In this document: in pieces, positions 56,205-63,010 of the stretch
How the letters are laid out: each line of letters opens with the position of its first letter
How positions within the stretch are numbered: position 1 is the stretch's first letter
IMG/VR virus record: IMGVR_UViG_3300025301_000010
Coordinates: 1 to 63,010 of that record
Origin: a virus
Taxonomy: Duplodnaviria; Caudoviricetes
DNA length: 63,010 bases
Strand: one strand, 5' to 3'
Made by a program: the position numbers and the translations under genes
Notes under the pieces: generated by a model
What the model was told of the DNA's origin: nothing
What the model saw: the letters and a program-made list of their open reading frames with translations, nothing else
The model's database searches: none

Positions 56205-57314
56205 TTATCCGGCAATCCGACACGCCAACTCACGACGCACCAGCGTGGCACCGTACAGCACGTCAAAGCTGTACCGGGTCCGTTTGTGCTCGCGTGAGAC
56301 TTCCAGCCGAAGCGTCAATCCGCTCACCGGATCAACGGCGGTTCGGGCAATTCCGTTCAGGCCATCTTCAATGCCAGCCAACGGGCGCGTTGCAAACGCG
56401 AACGCATCGCGGTGGAAGAGCAGGTTGACAGCGTGTGTCGCTTTGAACGTCACGGCTGCGTTATCGGCCCAGGCCACTTTGGCCGCCGGGTACATGGTGA
56501 TCACCGTGGCAGTCGAAGACGCCACCACATAGGTCTGCGTATCGCCCGCGACGGTAAACACATCACCTTCCGCTGGAGCGGTGCCGCCACCATCCCAGGT
56601 CAGGGTTGTATCGCCCACGGACACGGAGGCGTCGTTCACCAAGATGGTGCCGGTGCCGGTGTTCGTGTGGGTCGGCGCGTTCTGGTCCATGAACCAATCA
56701 GCTCCAACCTTGGTGCCGATATTGCCGCGCATGATCACGCCAGCACCGCCGCCAAAACTCGCGTCTTGGAACGCACGGAGCAGGAGGGCGTTGCCTTCCG
56801 CCGACGGGTCGAGAACAACCCGACGATCATCCAGCGGGGCGAGTTGGGTGTTGAGTGTTTTCCGCGCATTGGTGTACTCGGTCAACGCGGACGCGAAGGG
56901 AGTCGTCCCGGCAACTCCTGCGTAGCCGTAAATACCTTTGTATTTGCCAAGAATGTAGCTATCGATGTTGTTCGACAGCGCCTTGATGGCTTCCGACGCT
57001 TGCATCGGGATGGTGCCAGCCATGACTTCGCCCAGTTCCTTGTCAGACAGATGGAACGGCGCTTCATACCACTGGTCCAAATTCACGCTGACGGATGTCG
57101 GCGTTACGTCTGCGGTTGAAGGCGGGGTCGCCCCAGGGCTGACCGCCGCAGCGGTGATCGAAGAAGGAATCGGAATATCGACTGCCTTCCCGCGTTCTCC
57201 AGCGATGGATTCGTAGCCTCGATTCACGAGGCGGGGCATAATGGAATTCTCGCGGAGGGCCAATAAGCCTTGCGCGAGGAGTTTTGGGGTGACTTCGGTC
57301 AGGGTATTCGCCAT
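56205..57314 (-). CDS. Major capsid protein, P22 coat family
   Basis: MANTL, LRENSIMPRLVNR, G..V.IP, inserted GDVFTVAG domain, FHRDAFAFA and DVLYG. Confidence 0.93.
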   Translation of the reverse strand: MANTLTEVTPKLLAQGLLALRENSIMPRLVNRGYESIAGERGKAVDIPIPSSITAAAVSPGATPPSTADVTPTSVSVNLDQWYEAPFHLSDKELGEVMAGTIPMQASEAIKALSNNIDSYILGKYKGIYGYAGVAGTTPFASALTEYTNARKTLNTQLAPLDDRRVVLDPSAEGNALLLRAFQDASFGGGAGVIMRGNIGTKVGADWFMDQNAPTHTNTGTGTILVNDASVSVGDTTLTWDGGGTAPAEGDVFTVAGDTQTYVVASSTATVITMYPAAKVAWADNAAVTFKATHAVNLLFHRDAFAFATRPLAGIEDGLNGIARTAVDPVSGLTLRLEVSREHKRTRYSFDVLYGATLVRRELACRIAG

Positions 57315-57490
57315 GATAAATCCTCCTGGGATTCGTTGAGCTGACCCTCAACAACACCACGGGCATTACCCAGAGGGGGGTGGTAGACATCTAAAGCGGC
57401 AGCCCCAGTTCCCGATCAACGTGATCCCCGTCTGCGCGACGGGCGGGGCGCTCCTCCGACAGCTACCTTATCAGGCGGTTAATAGATTGA

Positions 57491-58243
57491 TTACGAGACC
57501 GTTATTTGTCCTTTCGCAATCGCTTCAAGATTCCGTCCGAATGTCAGGGGATCGTTCGCATCGATTTTCTGCGACTGAATCCCTTCGTTCGCGGCGTTTG
57601 CGCCCTTCGAGCGCTTGAACAAATGCGGTGCTTGTGGCAGCAGTTGTTCCTGTATCCAAATTTGTGGGGTCATTAATTTCGTCGGTTCCCGTTCGCTGTA
57701 GCGCGGGTTCCCCTGGTCATCGACAGCCACGGTTGCCCCATCGACAAATCGCAATTCTCGTTCCGCACGGAGCTGCACATCCGTCACACCGGAGTCCGAG
57801 ACACCGGTTTCCGTACACGCCGAGGCGACAGAGGCTTTCACCCGCTGTTGATCCAGGTCCCGCAGGGCCTGTGTCCGCTCTGCCTCCAGTTCCTTTTCTC
57901 TGGCACCCGCCTGTTCTCGGTACGTGTCGAATTGGGAGCGGAGTTGTTGGACTTGCGCTTCCAATTCCTTACTGCCGTTGGTGCTCTGTTGCTGGATCTG
58001 TTCTTGCATCTTCCGGTACTGATCTGGATCGATTTCCCGTTTACTATCGATCTCGTCCTTCAGTTTCGCAACGGTGGAGTTCAGATCGCGGTTCGAATTC
58101 CGAAACTCATTCAACCGGGTGCCATCGACAAAGCCTTGCACCTGCAAGACGTACTCGCCGCTGCGCTCATCTTTAACCACACTATCCTTGGCCCACTCTG
58201 GGACCGATTGTTCGTCCGGAAACCTAGAACTAATCGCCATCAT
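57491..58243 (-). CDS. Capsid scaffolding protein
   Basis: G.YVLQV.G, EFR..N, long coil, APHLF and C-terminal IAKG. Confidence 0.82.
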   Translation of the reverse strand: MMAISSRFPDEQSVPEWAKDSVVKDERSGEYVLQVQGFVDGTRLNEFRNSNRDLNSTVAKLKDEIDSKREIDPDQYRKMQEQIQQQSTNGSKELEAQVQQLRSQFDTYREQAGAREKELEAERTQALRDLDQQRVKASVASACTETGVSDSGVTDVQLRAERELRFVDGATVAVDDQGNPRYSEREPTKLMTPQIWIQEQLLPQAPHLFKRSKGANAANEGIQSQKIDANDPLTFGRNLEAIAKGQITVS

Positions 58244-59696
58244 TAACTCCTTCCACTCCCGTTATACTACGATTTGCCTCTGATGGGGGGGCGGTTGCTC
58301 CCCGCACCGCATCCAACTCCTGCTCCACTGTCTTATCAGGGCGCAACGCTTCGCCCTTTTTCATGTTAAAAAGAAGGGTTTCGTGGGAGATTGCCCCGTT
58401 TTGCCAGGCAGATACGAGCTCGCGCAGGGCATTCGGGTCTAATCCGACTGGGACAAAGTCTTTTTCCATCACAAAATGTTGATCCGCCACAAAAGCCGGG
58501 CTTTCTCCCGCCCACCAGAGCATCCATTGTAAGACTTGGGTCATCCCCTTCTCGTGGGCGTTCGCAATGTCCACCAACGTCGCATTTTCGCCGCTGGCAC
58601 GCAGCATATGGGTCTCGGTCGCTTCCACGAGCTTCCGTGGCGTCTCCAGCAGTCGCGATCCCAATAACGCCATGTTTTCTCGGCGCATATTCAGCGGATC
58701 GCGGAGTGCAATGAGCGATTGCGGGTCCGTTCCGGCGATTTCCATCTTTCCTTGACTGCCCAGGATGATGGCTTTGTCCCCGCCGAGCCGAATCGCCTGA
58801 ATGTTGCCTTTATCGACGTCCCGTTTGGTCGCATCGTCAAAAATGGCGAGTGTAGGGTCCGAGAGGCGGTAGCGTGCGCGTTCATACGACGCTGAGGCGC
58901 GGTAATGGGCCATGTTTTCGTTGACAAGATCAAGTATTGGCGGCGTTTGGATGTCCGAGGACGGATGATCGCCCGATTGGAAGAGGTAAAAAGGAACGAA
59001 ATCCAGCCGCTCGCCATTGCGCGTGGGAAATTCACGCAGCGATTCTTCTTCCTGATAGCGTTCGATGGCCTGATTCTCTGTGGGCAGCTCCAAAAAGACG
59101 CGTTTGATCAGCAAACCGTCCGCATCGAGGTCATAGACCTGGACCCGGCCGCGATACGTCACCTGGAATTCGTCCTGGGGGTCCATCTGCGGGATAGCAT
59201 CACGGAGGCGGACTTGCCGGATTCGGCGTTGTCCGTCTGGGCCGACATCATCCTGTATCCCGAGGATTTGTTCTGCCGTCCAGTTGGTCGCATAGGGAAT
59301 TTGTTCCGGTCCGCCGTCACCCTTGCCGACTAACACGCCGTGGTGGCCGATCAAAATCTGTTCGCGCCCCACTTGCTGCGAGAAGCGCAGAATATCTGTG
59401 CCTTGCCGGTCAAAATTATTCAGCCGTTCCGCGAAGCGCGGCGTTAATGGCGGGACCATGGGAGGGCGGCGGAAGAGCGTGCCGGTGAGACCGCGCAGGG
59501 TCCGTCCCGTCGCGCCGAAAAAGGTCGCGGACTCCAGATAAAATCCGTACACCGCATCGTCCTGCATGGCAGGGGGGCTGGGGAGATACCGCACTCCCCG
59601 CTGTTTGACGGCATCTTGTCCCGCATCCGCATCGCGGCACCGCTGCCAGATGGGAAGCCAATAATATACGTTTTTATCAGGTGTCTGGACTGGCAT
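58230..59696 (-). CDS. Portal protein, DUF4055 family
   Basis: W...RD...G...VK.....YLP, Y..A.F...T, PP..DL...N..HY..SA.Y and W..G.IS.ET. Confidence 0.9.
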   Translation of the reverse strand: MPVQTPDKNVYYWLPIWQRCRDADAGQDAVKQRGVRYLPSPPAMQDDAVYGFYLESATFFGATGRTLRGLTGTLFRRPPMVPPLTPRFAERLNNFDRQGTDILRFSQQVGREQILIGHHGVLVGKGDGGPEQIPYATNWTAEQILGIQDDVGPDGQRRIRQVRLRDAIPQMDPQDEFQVTYRGRVQVYDLDADGLLIKRVFLELPTENQAIERYQEEESLREFPTRNGERLDFVPFYLFQSGDHPSSDIQTPPILDLVNENMAHYRASASYERARYRLSDPTLAIFDDATKRDVDKGNIQAIRLGGDKAIILGSQGKMEIAGTDPQSLIALRDPLNMRRENMALLGSRLLETPRKLVEATETHMLRASGENATLVDIANAHEKGMTQVLQWMLWWAGESPAFVADQHFVMEKDFVPVGLDPNALRELVSAWQNGAISHETLLFNMKKGEALRPDKTVEQELDAVRGATAPPSEANRSITGVEGVNDGD

Positions 59697-59698
59697 AA

Positions 59699-60193
59699 TT
59701 AGGCCCTCAGTTTGTAAAACGTGTGATCGCCAATCACCGCTGTGATCTTTTGCTCATTCGCCCACCGGGGCAGTGATCCATTCCGCCATTTTTTGACCAG
59801 CGGAACATTGAGGTAGTGGTCGGCCCCGTGCGTGGGGTCGAGATGCGGCTCCCCGCTATAGTCTCGCGCCGCCGCGCCATCGGTACGCCATACGTCCCAC
59901 ACGCGCACCCAGTGGACAAAATCCTGCCAGTTTTCTTTGTGGACCAATCGGTCCTCTGACCCCACGGCTCCCAACACCCACTGAAAATTCGGGTCCACTT
60001 GGCGCGTCCAGCTAAATTGGAGGCGTTGGAGAATCACGCCGCGCATCGTATCCGGCCAGCCGCGCCGGTGGGAACGATTATAGACCACCCAATCGACCGC
60101 CTCCATGCCCAGCAGTCCTTGGTTCCGCGCCTCACACAAAATATTCGCGGTGCGGAGATTGACGGCAGACCATTGATGTATCGGACTACTCAT
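59699..60193 (-). CDS. Endolysin, SleB/Hydrolase_2 cell wall hydrolase
   Basis: EAR.Q...G..AV..V..NR, QFSW, DPT.GADHY and IG.H.FY. Confidence 0.9.
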   Translation of the reverse strand: MSSPIHQWSAVNLRTANILCEARNQGLLGMEAVDWVVYNRSHRRGWPDTMRGVILQRLQFSWTRQVDPNFQWVLGAVGSEDRLVHKENWQDFVHWVRVWDVWRTDGAAARDYSGEPHLDPTHGADHYLNVPLVKKWRNGSLPRWANEQKITAVIGDHTFYKLRA

Positions 60194-60585
60194 TTTGTAT
60201 ATATCCATCCTTGCTCGATCATCATGTCGTTAATCGAGCGCTGTACGATACCGGTTTCACCTTGCATACACAGCGAGACTTCGGCCAGCCACCGTCCAAA
60301 TGAATCCCGCTTGGTGACGGCAAGGGCGACCCCTTTGGAGACCAATGTTTCCAGCATCTTTTTGGCGCGTTGATAATCCGGCTCCCCACGCTCCGGCGTA
60401 TCCACCCGCAACAGGCGAACCGAGGTGGTGGAGATAATCGGCAGATGTCCTTCCCCGAAGATCACGAGTTCGCGGATCTTAAACGTATCGCCGTCAATGA
60501 CGCGCACCACCGGAATGGTGCAGCCCGGTTCATGTGCTAGAGCCGTTGTCGCCAGAGCAGCCAGCCAAAAGACCGCACACAACAC
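60190..60585 (-). CDS. Thermonuclease (SNase-like) with signal peptide
   Basis: VRVIDGDT, SVRLLRVDTPERG, KRDSFGRWLAE; ALA-HE cleavage-like site. Confidence 0.85.
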   Translation of the reverse strand: MLCAVFWLAALATTALAHEPGCTIPVVRVIDGDTFKIRELVIFGEGHLPIISTTSVRLLRVDTPERGEPDYQRAKKMLETLVSKGVALAVTKRDSFGRWLAEVSLCMQGETGIVQRSINDMMIEQGWIYTK

Positions 60586-60902
60586 CAGGCTAAATATGCC
60601 TGCACACGTCGCGCTCCATCGCGTAATAATAGTTCGTAATAGTATTGGTCTGCCTCCTTCCGCGTTGCCAGGTCATCATCTGCACGGGCATAGCAATAAT
60701 CGTGTATACAGGACGCCCCCAGATACTGGCCGGGTGACAGTCCACCGAGAGTCCAGAGTGTACGGGGGACACTGGCCCCATCCCACGCAAAGCCCACAGG
60801 CGCACGCACGTGACCATACCGATAGGGCTCCACCAGGACGAACGAGCGTCCGCCCCTTTCTGTCGTTTGTGTAAACACAGGGCTCGAAAAATCATCGGCC
60901 AT
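60537..60902 (-). CDS. DUF1353 family protein
   Basis: P.GF..DGASVPR, HDY.Y, R.EAD and VR.FG. Confidence 0.88.
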   Translation of the reverse strand: MADDFSSPVFTQTTERGGRSFVLVEPYRYGHVRAPVGFAWDGASVPRTLWTLGGLSPGQYLGASCIHDYCYARADDDLATRKEADQYYYELLLRDGARRVQAYLAWCCVRSFGWLLWRQRL

Positions 60903-61152
60903 ACTGCAACTCCCTCAAGGCACCTAAGATCTCTTCCGAATTGTCCGTAATGCTGCTTTGCACCGTGTCGAGTTTATTTTCAATCCGGTCCACCTGGGAC
61001 TGGACCACATCGACATCTCGAATACTCGCACTGGCCGGATGCGGATTCTCCGCGAGCGCATGATGTTCGACCTGACCGAGCGCCACCGCCAACACCACGC
61101 CGATAATCGCCAACAATCCGGCCGCCACCGCCAACTGCCCCTGTTTCGTCAT
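60892..61152 (-). CDS. Single-TM coiled-coil protein (holin-like)
   Basis: N-terminal TM plus coil within the lysis cluster. Confidence 0.5.
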   Translation of the reverse strand: MTKQGQLAVAAGLLAIIGVVLAVALGQVEHHALAENPHPASASIRDVDVVQSQVDRIENKLDTVQSSITDNSEEILGALRELQYGR

Positions 61153-61442
61153 GGGAACGATACCTCTATCGCGGCCCGCGCACAGTCAAAGCGGAGATAC
61201 ACGCCGTTGTCTTCGCGCACTTTACGGGCACGCGCAACGAGGAGTGAATCGCCGGAACAGACGCTTTCCTGGATCTTCCGGAATGCCGCCATATACGCCG
61301 CCTGCGCCACCGTGCCGCGCCCGTCCACTTGGGACCAGCGATCAATTACGGCGCTACAGCCGACTAAGACCATCGCGACAATCGTCGCACATACGATCAC
61401 CCGTATGAGCATCCTGCTCTCTTGCGCTTCGTTCACATGCAT
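61149..61442 (-). CDS. Putative lipoprotein (spanin-like)
   Basis: Lipobox-like VLVGC after a hydrophobic stretch. Confidence 0.5.
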   Translation of the reverse strand: MHVNEAQESRMLIRVIVCATIVAMVLVGCSAVIDRWSQVDGRGTVAQAAYMAAFRKIQESVCSGDSLLVARARKVREDNGVYLRFDCARAAIEVSFP

Positions 61443-61454
61443 ATTCGCCGCTCC

Positions 61455-62993
61455 TCACCACTGCACCGACACGATCTGGGCGGGACGGAATCCGCCGCTG
61501 ATGTCTGCAAATGCCATGACACAGGCATCGCCCATGTCCGTCGATCTTTTCAGCCGCTTCCGCACGTCGTCCTTGCTTTCAATCGTAATGCCGCCGAGCG
61601 TATTACGGTATTGTGGGGCCGTCAGGTCCATCTTCAACTGCGGGTCCGGGGGCAAGGCTACTTGCTCCGTCCCGCTATCGGGGTCCAGCAGCTCCCGCAT
61701 CATCCACCACAACTCCGCCCGTTTGTTCCGCATTTTCAGCAGTCCGCTCTTGTCGGTCTCGTCGGATCGCGCTGAGGCGACCACCGGATTGACGTGCGAA
61801 AAGCCGTCCGTGCCTAGCAAACTGTCATACACTGAACTGCCGACCCCGATAATGTCCAGGTTAATAAGCGCCTGATCTTGGTACACATCGGCAATGTATT
61901 TCACCACCGCTGGCCCGTCCGGCGTCTCACTCCCGGCATAGGTAATTAACTCGTCCATCCACGGCCCATGCCGTTTGGCAATCACCGTGGCGTCCCGGCC
62001 ACCGCGACTCGGGTCCACCCCCATCGCATGCAGGGGATAGCCGTCCGGATTATGCGGCTTCCACCGATCCATGGCGGCTTGGACCCAGGCACTCGGAATC
62101 ACCTGATATTCCCCGTCACTGCGGCTAAAGGTCCAGATGCCTTTCAGCAACTGGCTCCGCAACGGTTCGGGCAGGTTCATCAGGTTGGCTTCGTAATCCG
62201 TCCCCGCTAAATATTTATTATCTTTCAACCGGCCAGGGATAAACGTCCGACTGCGGGGGGTGAGGCGTTCTTCCTCGCCTGTGGCGGTGGTAAAATCATA
62301 CGGGTCGCCATCCGGCCGTTCCACCTCTTCGCCGTCTTCCATGCAGTACCAGCGGAGTTCGCCGGGGGCTGCTGGATTCGGATGCTCGGGATCAAGCCAC
62401 GGAGCCCAGCGCTGAATGACCCACTCCCCGGCTGCATCAGGATTCGGGTTCGTTGCCCCGATAATGCGGACCCGCTGCGCTGGCGATGTGGACCGTGCCC
62501 AGCCGATCACCTGGGTGTATTGCCGCTCCTCGAATTCCGTGAGCTCGTCAAAAGCAAACAGGTCGTGTGACTGGCCTTTATGCTTCTTCCAGTCGTCACT
62601 TTCCTTCATCGCCGCCAACTGGATCATCCGCCGTCCCGGCACATCGCGCCAAAACAACCGTTGGCCGTTCCACTTCGGCTGTTCCCGTCCACTGCCCGTC
62701 AATGGGTCCAACAAATCATGCAATTCATCAATCATGCCGTTCAATTGCGTCAGTTCACGCCGGAAAATCTTTGTCCGCTTATGCGCCGTGAGGGCGAGCC
62801 CGAGAATTAAACTGGACTTCCCCGCTCCCGCCGCCCCGCCGTACAGCGTTTCAAATGCCGCGCTGTGGTACGCCTGCGCCTGGGGACCGTCCTGGGGCTC
62901 CCATAACGGCGCGCTCACTTCCGTGTCTACCGCGACCAGGTTGGCAAGAGAATGATACTTATTGCGGCCCGGTTGGAGTTGGACGGAGGACAT
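61455..62993 (-). CDS. terL: Terminase large subunit (module B, Terminase_6-like)
   Basis: YGGAAGAGKS, FDELTEF, ATNP, GVDPSRGGRD and RSTD.GDA. Confidence 0.96.
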   Translation of the reverse strand: MSSVQLQPGRNKYHSLANLVAVDTEVSAPLWEPQDGPQAQAYHSAAFETLYGGAAGAGKSSLILGLALTAHKRTKIFRRELTQLNGMIDELHDLLDPLTGSGREQPKWNGQRLFWRDVPGRRMIQLAAMKESDDWKKHKGQSHDLFAFDELTEFEERQYTQVIGWARSTSPAQRVRIIGATNPNPDAAGEWVIQRWAPWLDPEHPNPAAPGELRWYCMEDGEEVERPDGDPYDFTTATGEEERLTPRSRTFIPGRLKDNKYLAGTDYEANLMNLPEPLRSQLLKGIWTFSRSDGEYQVIPSAWVQAAMDRWKPHNPDGYPLHAMGVDPSRGGRDATVIAKRHGPWMDELITYAGSETPDGPAVVKYIADVYQDQALINLDIIGVGSSVYDSLLGTDGFSHVNPVVASARSDETDKSGLLKMRNKRAELWWMMRELLDPDSGTEQVALPPDPQLKMDLTAPQYRNTLGGITIESKDDVRKRLKRSTDMGDACVMAFADISGGFRPAQIVSVQW

Positions 62994-63010
62994 CGTTATG
63001 CAGTCTACAC

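Noticed and set aside
60958-61875. Long opposite-strand or alternate-frame ORFs (also 5068-5946, 22821-23630, 33113-33817, 45240-45968)
   Set aside because: They are shadows of recognisable genes in GC-rich DNA and have no motifs.

Overview
The window is phage DNA from end to end and carries two complete, convergent siphovirus-type virion modules. Module A (+, about 44-21151) has a P27-family TerS, TerL, HK97-type portal, S49 protease, HK97 capsid, gp6/closure/gp10/DUF3168 neck, tail tube, frameshifted chaperone, 1348-aa tape measure and tail tip. Module B (-, about 62993-35218) has a different TerL, a lysis cassette, DUF4055 portal, scaffold, P22-type coat, DnaT-like adaptor, 401-aa tail tube, frameshifted chaperone, 2008-aa tape measure and tail tip. 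Heads, necks and tubes look unrelated. The tape-measure C-termini and the five downstream tail-tip genes plus a small chaperone-like ORF are syntenic, and most are clear homologues, up to about 80% DNA identity by eye, forming inverted repeats. Between the modules (+, 21.5-35.1 kb) lie two replication/recombination sets (SSB-like, exonuclease, primase-helicase; YqaJ, RecT, SpoVG-like, initiator, DnaB, RusA). They are joined at an M.EcoHK31I-type C5 methyltransferase encoded in two overlapping frames. No integrase, tRNA, CRISPR or host gene was seen. The molecule could be a real dual-virion or co-integrate element, two adjacent prophages of one host, or an assembly chimera; sequence alone cannot decide. 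All family assignments are from motif recognition, not database searches.
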